From the NCBI GenBank assembly GCA_038245785.1, contig JBBRSB010000044.1:1-24731 (forward strand): 24,731 bases of DNA, written 5' to 3'. Positions within the stretch are counted from its first letter, which is position 1. Each line of letters begins with the position of its first letter. Below are positions 8,539 to 17,129 of the stretch, piece by piece. The notes under the pieces are model-generated. The model saw nothing but the letters and a program-made list of their open reading frames with translations. It ran no database searches and was not told the DNA's origin. This stretch comes from Gloeobacterales cyanobacterium (GTDB lineage Bacteria; Cyanobacteriota; Cyanobacteriia; Gloeobacterales; PMM-0068). The position numbers and the translations under genes are program-made.

Positions 8539-10322
8539 ATACTGATGCTGTTCAGCAACTGAGAAGGCTTGAAGAATGGATAGGGAACAGCACGACTGCG
8601 GTTCTTTGCATCAATTTCCGCCTCCACATAGTTCAGGTTCTGCTGAAACTGCTGGATTACCGCCAATGCCTCTGGATCGGTGAAATCGCTATCTTTGTAA
8701 TAACCGAATCGGTCAATCTTGTAGGCAGAGAGCGTACGAACCATACTTAGTTGTTTGATAGCCTGCCCTTGGGGAGGTAAAAACTGCAGAAGATCTTTCT
8801 GAGAACGTCCTTTTTGAGGAACAGGTCGATAGGCTGCCAAAGGCATATTGGGCACAAAGGCCATGTATTCGTACTGCGGAGTATTGATGGCAGAGTGTAG
8901 GGGACCACAGGTGAAAATAATATTGGTGACTACTTGGATCAGGGAATTTAGGTCCTGAAAAGAGGCAGGAAAACCTTTGACCTTGGCCCCTGACGGCGAA
9001 ACCATTTCTTGAGCCCAAGCCTGCAATTCTGCATCCTGACGAATATCTTCTGACGTCTTGTAATAGAGCTCGAGGTATTTGCCCACATATTTCTCAACAG
9101 CCTGCCACACCAACATTCCATCATCCCGATAGGGATAGTGAGGCGTCGCTTCTGTATCCGCCATACCCCGATTTTTGATCTCTGTGGGAAAAGCGAATTG
9201 ATCAAAGCTCCAATAGGTTTTGTAATCTTCTGTCAGGAGCTGTAGGGATTCAGCAAGCGTCCCTGCCATGAGGTGATCCACAGGGCCACCAGCGTTGATC
9301 AATTGCTCACGACCACGGCTGTTGAGCCCAAGCATGTAGCGAAAATGGGGGCGCAGGAGAATAGAAAGAGGATGGTTATGGGCTAATTGCCGAGCGGTAA
9401 CGACCGCGATCGGTTCCATCACAAAGTGAGTGCGGCCCAGATGAGTAATCATCTCATGGTGATTCCCATCAGCAATCTGAACGCACAGTTTAGCCAACAG
9501 CCAGTCTGTAGCATTATCAAAAGGGGTGAATAGCGCTCCGGTTGGAACTTCCAGTTGAATGGCGACGGGTTCTAAACCTCCCTGCCCACCATTCCTGGCA
9601 CTATGCCAGCAGAAGAGGGCCAAGGGTCTTGGTAAAAACTTCTTCTTGGATTCACCCTCCTCTTCAATCTCGCCTCCTTTTATAGCAGGCAGGATCGTGT
9701 AATCCGTAAGGTATATTTCACCATCGGCTAATTTCTTTCTGAGATTTAGAGAGGTGCCATAGAGTTCTTGAAGTTCATCTAACTTCTCAGCAAAGCTACC
9801 AGGTAGTTCTTCCAGCCCGCTCAGACGCTGGATAACGGCAGGATTGGCCCCAGACAGCCGTTGCTCAGCAAAAGTATCGTCATTTTGAAAAGTCTTACTC
9901 ACTTCAGGTAGATGGAGAAGCTCAAGTGACTCATTTCCATCCCCCAGCCTATTATCCGGTTTGGGGAGAGGTGTGAACAAATCCTCATAGTCCTGCAGGC
10001 TATTAAAGGGATCAACCAGTGAACGGACTCTGGCTAGGAGCGTAAGGACGGACAAATATACTTCCTTCTCCGTACGACGCCTCGAGAAATGTAAAAAATT
10101 AAGCTTAAGAAGGTCTTCTTCCTGCGGCAAAGCTTTCAGTAGGGGTAGGGGAGATAAATAATTGGTATCGAATTGATAAGCTTCACGATTCTTGCTTAGA
10201 TACTCTTGTCTTAGCTGGGAAGCAGAGTCATTTTGAGGAAGCATCGGCGTTATGAGAGATTGCATACTGCGCTCACCATCTTCGGGATTAGGAGAAATTT
10301 CTGAGTCTTCTTCACATGCCAT
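8535..10322 (-). CDS. Lipoxygenase (non-heme iron fatty-acid dioxygenase)
   Basis: 595 aa with FAEQRLSGANP, WLLAKLCVQIAD, metal-ligand helix HHEMITHLGRTH, LLRPHF, YPYRDDG, HSAIN..QYEY.AFVPNMP and C-terminal NSISI-COOH. The start may be the Met20 ATG at 10265. Confidence 0.96.
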   Translation of the reverse strand: MACEEDSEISPNPEDGERSMQSLITPMLPQNDSASQLRQEYLSKNREAYQFDTNYLSPLPLLKALPQEEDLLKLNFLHFSRRRTEKEVYLSVLTLLARVRSLVDPFNSLQDYEDLFTPLPKPDNRLGDGNESLELLHLPEVSKTFQNDDTFAEQRLSGANPAVIQRLSGLEELPGSFAEKLDELQELYGTSLNLRKKLADGEIYLTDYTILPAIKGGEIEEEGESKKKFLPRPLALFCWHSARNGGQGGLEPVAIQLEVPTGALFTPFDNATDWLLAKLCVQIADGNHHEMITHLGRTHFVMEPIAVVTARQLAHNHPLSILLRPHFRYMLGLNSRGREQLINAGGPVDHLMAGTLAESLQLLTEDYKTYWSFDQFAFPTEIKNRGMADTEATPHYPYRDDGMLVWQAVEKYVGKYLELYYKTSEDIRQDAELQAWAQEMVSPSGAKVKGFPASFQDLNSLIQVVTNIIFTCGPLHSAINTPQYEYMAFVPNMPLAAYRPVPQKGRSQKDLLQFLPPQGQAIKQLSMVRTLSAYKIDRFGYYKDSDFTDPEALAVIQQFQQNLNYVEAEIDAKNRSRAVPYPFFKPSQLLNSISI

Positions 10323-10495
10323 AGTTGTTATTAGGTAGATACAGCATCAATTTAGCAGACCTAACCAGAAAGACAATGAGCTGATTTTTAGGTTTATTGA
10401 ACAATCTTTCGATTTCCTTTGCATCAGCATATTCGGAAGCTACAATTGACGCCTATATAATTGATATGTAAAAAGCTGCCTCTAAGCAGTAAAGG

Positions 10496-10536
10496 TCAAA
10501 CTAAGTAATAGGCTATTAACCTATTACTTAGTTTGA
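10496..10536. promoter_or_regulatory. 17-bp perfect inverted repeat in the divergent LOX / STAND-2 promoter region
   Basis: TCAAACTAAGTAATAGG (10496-10512), spacer CTATTAA, CCTATTACTTAGTTTGA (10520-10536). Confidence 0.65.
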
Positions 10537-10612
10537 TTGTATAAAAAGTGTGAAATCCTGTTCTATAGAATGCATATGGAGATTATTCCTGTTAGCAACA
10601 ATATCTTGACCT

Positions 10613-12796
10613 ATGAATTTCGAAGACGTACTCACTAGCTTAGACGAGGTGCTCAAGCAAAAGTCCTTGAGTGACATCCAGGAATTGGTATTTTGTCAAA
10701 CCTGGCAGGGGAAAACCTATGCCGAAATTGCAGAAGAAGCTAGCTATGATTCTGACTACATTAAATATGTCGGATACCAACTGTGGCAGACTCTTTCAGA
10801 AGCCTTTGGCGAAAAGGTTAGCAAGAGCAATTTCAAGACCGTCCTGCGCAGAAATGCTCAGTCTAAAATTGAGTCGATTTCAAGACCGCTGGAACTCAGA
10901 ACTGAACTGTCTCCCTCAAGCGTCCCCACTGTTCTTGAAAAGCAATACTTTAGAGATTGGGGAGAAGCGGTAGATGTATCCATCTTTTATGGTCGTGATA
11001 GAGAACTCAGTACGTTACACAAGTGGCTCGTAGATGAAAATTGCCGTTTAGTCTTGCTTTTAGGCATGGGAGGCATTGGCAAAACGTCACTTTCTGTAAA
11101 ATTAGCAGAACAGATCCAAGATGATTTTGAATATTCTATTTGGCGTTCTTTACGGAATGCACCTCCTCTAGAAGAGATTTTGGTAGACCTCCTCAAATTC
11201 TTATCTAAGCAGCAAGAAATTGAATTACCAAAATCCATAGATGGCAAGATTTCGAGGCCGATAGAGTATCTGCGTAAGCACCGCTGCCTTATTATTTTAG
11301 ATAATGCAGAGTCTGTCTTGTGTGAAACCCCAGTGGGTTACTATCGTGACGGCTATGAGAACTATGGAGCTCTTTCCAAACGATTGGGAGAAGAGCAACA
11401 TCAGAGCTGTCTTATATTGACCAGTCGCGAAAAGCCTAAAGAATTTGCCTCCCTAGAAGGTGATGCGTTGCCTGTCCGCTCCTTAGTCCTAAAGGGTTTA
11501 GAGGAGACTCAAGGACGCAAAATCCTAACGACCAGAAGTCTCTATGGGCCTGAGAAAGACAAGAACGTCCTGGTGGAAAGCTATCGAGGGAATCCTCTTG
11601 CTTTAAAAATAGTCTCCACCTCTATCCGAGAACTATTTGATGGCAGCATCACTGATTTCTTAAGGGAAGGCAGTATCGTTTTCAATGGTATTCGCAGTCT
11701 CTTAGTACAGCAGCTTGAACCCTTAGGAGATGTGGAAACAAAGGTTATGTATTGGCTAGCAGTTAATCGAGAGCCGATACTTTTACCTGAGCTTCAAGAA
11801 GATATTGCCTCTCCTTTTTCTATGCCTAAGCTATTAGAAGCTTTAGAATCGCTAGGTCGCCGTTCTTTAATTGAGAGAGGCCCTGCAGGCTTTACACAAC
11901 AACCTGTAGTCATGGAATATATGACGGAGTAGTTAGTTGAGCAAGCTTGCGAAGAGCTGGTGTCAGAAGAAGTTTCAATTTTGATGAACTATGCATTGAT
12001 CAAAGCACAGACAAAAGACTATGTCAGAGAAAGTCAAATACGTATTATTCTAGGCCCAATTATAGATAGACTCAGAAATACATTTAAATCACAAAGAGAT
12101 GTTGAATATAAATTAAAAAAAATACTACTTAAGCTCCAACAAAAACATGCTACGACCTCTGGATATGCGGGGGGCAATATTGTTAATTTGCTATGCCAGC
12201 TCAAGGTCAACCTGATAGGATAAAATTTCTCAGATTTGGCGATTTGGCAAGCCCACCTCTGAGATGTCAATCTCTATCAAGTCAACTTTGTCCATCCTGA
12301 TTTGTCAAAGTCTGTTTTTGCAGAAAATCTGAATAGTGCGCTTTCTACAAAGTACAGCCCAGACGGAGAATACTTAGCCGCAGGAGATATGGAGGGTGTG
12401 ATCCGGGTATGACGCGTTGCCGATGGTCAGCAGGTTTTGGCTTATCCCTGCTACCCCGGCTGTATTTGGGCTCTGGCGTTTAGTCCCGATGGAAAGATGT
12501 TGGCCAGTGGTAGTCAGGACACAACTGTTAAACTTTGGGATATCGAAGCAGGAGAATGCTTGAACACTTTAGTAGGGCATACAGGACCCGTTTGGTCTGT
12601 TCCTATGGATGCTAACAAAAGATTAATCAGTGGCAGCCAAGATGAAACCATCAGGATATGGGATCTCTCTCCAGGCAAATGTTTGAAATTGTTGAGACCC
12701 GACAGACCCTATGAAGGGATGGATATCACAGGAGTTACAGGAATTACAGATTCTCAAAAAATGACGCTGGAGTCTTTAGGTGCTGTGAGCTTTTAG
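10613..12796 (+). pseudogene. Pseudogenised paralog of the HTH-NB-ARC-WD40 STAND gene
   Basis: Track ORFs 10613..11932, 11960..12223 and 12437..12796 share one frame and are collinear with the 1202-aa protein. In-frame stops occur at 11930 (TAG; Q in paralog), 12221 (TAA; Y), 12260 (TGA; K) and 12410 (TGA; W). Only 3 WD40 repeats remain before the [16 protein letters not shown] tail. Confidence 0.92.
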
Positions 12797-12844
12797 TATT
12801 TCTTGGGTGAGTAAAAGAGCTTTAGTTTCTATTATTTTATCAAT

Positions 12845-12868
12845 AAAAAAGGGGTGCTGAATCACCCC
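12845..12868 (-). terminator. Rho-independent terminator of the porin gene
   Basis: Minus strand reads GGGGTG-ATTCAG-CACCCC then TTTTTT, 26 nt after the porin stop. Confidence 0.75.
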
Positions 12869-12894
12869 CTAAAAGTGAGTAAGAACATACAGAA

Positions 12895-14592
12895 TTAGAA
12901 AGTGTATACAGCTCGCAAAGTTCCAATCGTTAGGGTTGGGTTGGAAGTATTACCAGGATTCGAGATAACCTGAATATCAGGTGTCAAGGTAAACCCTTTG
13001 GTTAGCTTGATGCTGTAGTACAGCTCAAGTGCATTTTCAGAACTTGGATCCGCACCAAAAGGCAAGCCAGAGGTACTTGTGATTTTGGTGGGTTGGCCGT
13101 AGGAGATCCCTGCTGTGTTGCCCTTCGCAAACAGATCTGGGAGTTCGAAACCAACGAGCCAGGTATTGGCGTTCAGGTTGCCGCCTGTGCCGCCACTGAG
13201 TTGGCTAGAGGCAAAGGCAACCCGGCCAAAAAATTTGACGCTCTCCGTGATAGCCCAGTCTGTATTCAGTCCGAAGGCATCCACGCTGCTAGAGGTTTGT
13301 CCGCCAGTAGTCAGAGGATTAGAACCAATGAAAACAGCCGAAGGACCAAAGACCCGACGACTAGCCCCAAATAGAGGAATACTGGCATGGGTGTATTGGA
13401 GCTTAAGGCCAAATTCTTTTGTTGGGCGATATTCAAGTTCGTTAGCTATTTGGGTCAAGCCACCCGTGATTCCACCACCGCCGTTAGCAGAATTGGAGCT
13501 TCCAGCATTAGCGGCAGAATACAGCGTTCTAAAGGAAACCTGCTCTCCAATTTTCCAATCAAATCCTGCCGCTGAGTTCAGGTGGGCATAACCCGAGATC
13601 AGAGGGTTAAAGAGATTAAACGTTGTTGAAAAGCGAGTTTCATCATTGATCAGATAAGGATTTTTATCTAGCACATCAATGACTTGAACGCGAGGACCAA
13701 CCCAAACTCGGAAATTAGCTGTCTTGAAAGGGTTGAAGGCATACCAAACTTTATCGAATTGAGCAGCTTGATTGCCATTGGTGACAGGGGGCGCTCCTGT
13801 AACTCCACCCTGTGGTGCTTGTCCACCAAAAAAGAGCTGCCCAGATCTAGTTCCAGCCCCCAAAGTCGCTGAAGTATCTTGCCCAAGAGAAGGGAAAGTG
13901 GCTACGCGGATCTTCAAGAGGTCATTGGTATCTTTATTGAGTTTGGCATCAAAGTTGAGACGAATCCGACCACCAAACGTGGTGTTGGCTGCACCCGCAG
14001 AAATAGAAGCAGCGGAACCGCCATTGCCGACGTTTCGAGCAATGGGTGTTATGTTTCCACTACCACCACCGCCATTAATGTCAAAAACAGCCGTCGCATT
14101 CAACTTGGTAGTAGTTGAGAACTGCTGGGCTTCCAGTTCTTTGACCTTAGCTTCCAAAGCATCGGTACGGCCTCTCAAAGTCGCCAATTCTGTCTTGAAT
14201 TCTTCTTGTAAACGCTGAACTGCTGCCAAATCATCCTTAGTGGCCAGAGGGTCTGTTGCAGCAGCAAGCTGCTCACCAATTTTGTCTAAGCAAGCATTCA
14301 AACCAGCGGCGAACTCATAGCGGCTCAGAGGGCGATTACCCAGATATTTTTTGCTGGGATAACCTTCGATACAGGCGTAACGCTCAACAAGAGATTTTAA
14401 AGCTTGAAAAGCCCATACATTGGGATCTACATCTTCTAATTCAGAGACCGAAGAGACTTGAGAAACAGCATTTTCAGACGTTCTCTCTCCGATCATGTTG
14501 ACAACGGAGATATCGGGCGCAGCAACAGCAGATCCTGCCTTAGCTAACAAGACTGTTGCAGCCAGACTCAGGCTGAACAAAGTTTTTTTCAT
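12895..14592 (-). CDS. Cyanobacterial outer-membrane porin with SLH domain (iron-uptake / carbohydrate-selective OprB-type)
   Basis: Signal peptide MKKTLFSLSLAATVLLAKAGSAVAA; SQVSSVSELEDVDP..WAFQALKSLVERY.CIEGYP..LSRYEFAAGLNACL; coiled coil; FSTTTKL; C-terminal TPDIQ..IGTLRAVYTF with terminal Phe. ATG 14592 has a GGGGAG SD. Confidence 0.95.
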   Translation of the reverse strand: MKKTLFSLSLAATVLLAKAGSAVAAPDISVVNMIGERTSENAVSQVSSVSELEDVDPNVWAFQALKSLVERYACIEGYPSKKYLGNRPLSRYEFAAGLNACLDKIGEQLAAATDPLATKDDLAAVQRLQEEFKTELATLRGRTDALEAKVKELEAQQFSTTTKLNATAVFDINGGGGSGNITPIARNVGNGGSAASISAGAANTTFGGRIRLNFDAKLNKDTNDLLKIRVATFPSLGQDTSATLGAGTRSGQLFFGGQAPQGGVTGAPPVTNGNQAAQFDKVWYAFNPFKTANFRVWVGPRVQVIDVLDKNPYLINDETRFSTTFNLFNPLISGYAHLNSAAGFDWKIGEQVSFRTLYSAANAGSSNSANGGGGITGGLTQIANELEYRPTKEFGLKLQYTHASIPLFGASRRVFGPSAVFIGSNPLTTGGQTSSSVDAFGLNTDWAITESVKFFGRVAFASSQLSGGTGGNLNANTWLVGFELPDLFAKGNTAGISYGQPTKITSTSGLPFGADPSSENALELYYSIKLTKGFTLTPDIQVISNPGNTSNPTLTIGTLRAVYTF

Positions 14593-14648
14593 TACTCCCC
14601 ACACATTAACGTGAGGTTAAATATAGCCTGGATGTAGACGAGTAACTT

Positions 14649-14664
14649 TGTAATCCTTAATACA
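14649..14664. promoter_or_regulatory. Candidate NtcA box upstream of the porin
   Basis: TGTA-ATCCTTAA-TACA matches TGTA-N8-TACA. The nearest TAN3T hexamer (TATATT) is 24 nt downstream on the minus strand, slightly beyond the canonical ~22 nt. Confidence 0.4.
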
Positions 14665-14739
14665 ATTTCATTCTGCAACTATTGCATTTGTTATCAAACT
14701 CATGTCGAAATCATTTTCGTGCATCAATGTGATGACTAT

Positions 14740-15201
14740 TCAGCGAGTGGCTAAAACGCTCATGAAGACTGCTCCCAACACCGCTCCAGCGATTACCTGA
14801 ACCGGAGTGTGACCTAAGAGTTCTTTGAGGCGCTTTTCGGCGTACTGGGGCTTCTCTGTAAATAAATCTTCAATCATCTTATTGAGAATTCGGGCCTGTT
14901 TTCCTGCTGCTTGCCGGACTCCTGCGGCATCGTACATTACGATAAAGGCCATGATCGAAGCAATCGCAAATTCTACACTGTCAAACCCAATCTTGATGCC
15001 GACGCCTGTAGCCAGGGCCGTAACCAGGGCAGAGTGAGAACTAGGCATCCCTCCAGCCTGGACCAAGACTCTAAAATCTAACTTGCCCGTCTGCAAAAAA
15101 GTTAAAACAAGCTTCAAACCCTGCGCTGTGAAACCCGCCAAAAGCGAAATCGCTAAAACATCGTTTTGTAGGGCTTGCGCTATGGGAGAGAGAGAAGACA
15201 C
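14740..15201 (-). CDS. Divergent PAP2 family protein (DUF212)
   Basis: GGMPSSHSALVTALATGVG, IVMYDAAGVRQAAGKQARILN, LKELLGHTP.QV.AGA. Usual position directly downstream of crtE in cyanobacteria. Confidence 0.95.
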   Translation of the reverse strand: MSSLSPIAQALQNDVLAISLLAGFTAQGLKLVLTFLQTGKLDFRVLVQAGGMPSSHSALVTALATGVGIKIGFDSVEFAIASIMAFIVMYDAAGVRQAAGKQARILNKMIEDLFTEKPQYAEKRLKELLGHTPVQVIAGAVLGAVFMSVLATR

Positions 15202-15211
15202 AGCCAGCCCT

Positions 15212-16102
15212 CTAATAATGGCGCTGAGTTATGAAGTCAGCCAGATGTTCTAAGATAACCGCTTTTTCTTCAAAAGGTTTCAAGCTGGCCTTAGCTTCTG
15301 CAATCAATTGCTGGGCTTTGGCCTGAGAAGCTTCTACACCCCAAAAACTTGGATAGGTGGCTTTAGCTTGTGCTAAATCCTTGCCTGCTGTTTTACCTAG
15401 TTGTTCATCCGTAGCGGTTACATCCAGCACATCATCCACGATCTGGAAAGCGAGGCCGACTTTGTGCGCATAGCTGGACAAGAGTTCTACCTGTTCATCA
15501 TCGGCTCCTCCCAAGAGTGCCCCTGATACTACAGAAATTTCCAAGAGGGCTCCCGTTTTGTGCTCGTGAATGTATTGAAGGGTTTCCAGGGCAATCTGTT
15601 TGCCTTCCGACTCGATATCCACCACTTGCCCTCCTACCAAACCCGTGGCGCTGGCGGCATATCCCAGACGGCGAACCACTTCCAGGACTCTATTAGCAGG
15701 AACTTCTTGCGTTTCAGCAATGATCTGGAAAGCATAGGCCAGAAGAGCATCTCCAGCCAAAATAGCCATCGCGTCACCATAGACCTTGTGGTTTGTCGGT
15801 AGTCCCCGGCGATAGTCATCATTGTCCATCGAAGGCAGATCGTCGTGAATCAGTGACATGGTGTGAATCATTTCCAGGGCACAAGCCGTTGGCATGGCCA
15901 TCGTTGTCGTTCCCCCTACCAATTCACAGGCCGCCAGACAAAGCACAGGTCGCAGTCTCTTACCCCCAGCCAATAGGGAGTAGCGCATGGATTCATAGAG
16001 CCGAGCAGGATAGAGAGGCGGCACAAATCGTTCGAGGTTCTCCTCAATCAGGGCTTGACGACTTTTCAGGTAGTTCATGAGGTCAAAAGTCTGGACAGTC
16101 AT
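15212..16102 (-). CDS. crtE: Geranylgeranyl diphosphate synthase
   Basis: [12 protein letters not shown], first Asp-rich motif [30 protein letters not shown], second motif [22 protein letters not shown]. Confidence 0.95.
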   Translation of the reverse strand: MTVQTFDLMNYLKSRQALIEENLERFVPPLYPARLYESMRYSLLAGGKRLRPVLCLAACELVGGTTTMAMPTACALEMIHTMSLIHDDLPSMDNDDYRRGLPTNHKVYGDAMAILAGDALLAYAFQIIAETQEVPANRVLEVVRRLGYAASATGLVGGQVVDIESEGKQIALETLQYIHEHKTGALLEISVVSGALLGGADDEQVELLSSYAHKVGLAFQIVDDVLDVTATDEQLGKTAGKDLAQAKATYPSFWGVEASQAKAQQLIAEAKASLKPFEEKAVILEHLADFITQRHY

Positions 16103-16235
16103 CGTTCTAGCTAGAAATGCTTCCCTATTGTTGCAGATAAGGTTGACTCTGTTTGAGAATCAGCGGATTAACGGTATCGTAAAGAACAAATTTAGTTCAT
16201 TTTTAAAGATATCTAACGAGTTGTGAGGAGAAGGC

Positions 16236-17129
16236 ATGGGTCCCAGAATCACGGGTTTGCGTCACTTGAGCGTGAGCTTGGGATTGGTCTTGGTCGCTGC
16301 CTCAGCACCTCAAGCAATGGCCCAAACAGTGGTCCCGACTCCATCTCCGATTGAGACCCTAACGCCTACGACAGACCGCTACATGTCTACGGTGACCATT
16401 GTTTCGCCTAAGGAAGGCGAAACAATGACTAGGGGTGAAATTCCCTTAAAAATTACAACCCAACGTTTTCCTATAGGTAAAGACCCAAAAACAGGTTTGG
16501 GATTGCATCTAAAAATTCTGGTCGATAATGAGCCCCCTGTTAGTTATTACGACCTCAATGATCCTGTAAAACTAAATTTGGCTCCAGGCACCCATACGGT
16601 CCGAGTGATAGCCGTACGTCCTTGGGACAGAGCCTACCGCAATCTAACGGCACTGGCCCATACAACATTTAATGTCCAAAAGTCGGATAACCGCAATGCT
16701 CCGAAGTTTAAAACAGCCGAGCCCCTTCTTACCGTGGTCTCTCCTAGTGGGACCTATGGAGCTACCCCTATTCTCCTGGACTACATTGTGGATGGCGTTA
16801 ATCTCGGAAAAGACAACTACAAGGTACGCTATACCCTCAACGGCCAATCAACGACCACTATTGACCGCAAAGAACTCTACCTGGATGGATGGAAAGTAGG
16901 TCAAAACAAATTGGTAGTAGAGCTGATCAATGCCAGTGGCAAGATAGGGGACAATGCAGGCTATAACCGCGTAGAAAGAACAATTGACTACCAGCCCAAC
17001 GGGACCGATAGTCTTTCCAGACTACTGCGAGGAGAGTTCACGCCAGAACAAATGTTTGGGGCGTTAGGACCAGAACCTTTTATCTACGATAATGCTGGTA
17101 ACCCTAAGTTATTAAAGCCCGCTAATTAA
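16236..17129 (+). CDS. Conserved secreted hypothetical protein with two beta-rich domains
   Basis: 297 aa. Signal peptide ending AMA-Q, Pro/Thr-rich linker, GLGLHLKILVDNEP..L.PGTHTVRV. SD GAGGAG. Stop overlaps the next start (TAATG). Confidence 0.8.
   Translation: MGPRITGLRHLSVSLGLVLVAASAPQAMAQTVVPTPSPIETLTPTTDRYMSTVTIVSPKEGETMTRGEIPLKITTQRFPIGKDPKTGLGLHLKILVDNEPPVSYYDLNDPVKLNLAPGTHTVRVIAVRPWDRAYRNLTALAHTTFNVQKSDNRNAPKFKTAEPLLTVVSPSGTYGATPILLDYIVDGVNLGKDNYKVRYTLNGQSTTTIDRKELYLDGWKVGQNKLVVELINASGKIGDNAGYNRVERTIDYQPNGTDSLSRLLRGEFTPEQMFGALGPEPFIYDNAGNPKLLKPAN

Noticed and set aside
13093..14501. Several 60-160 aa antisense ORFs over the porin, and similar ones over STAND, lox, crtE, aspS and gyrA
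   Set aside because: Shadow ORFs of long real genes, with no independent motifs.
14674..14686. TGCAA-CTA-TTGCA as a Fur box for an iron-uptake porin
   Set aside because: Only 5-bp arms and a poor fit to the 19-bp Fur consensus.
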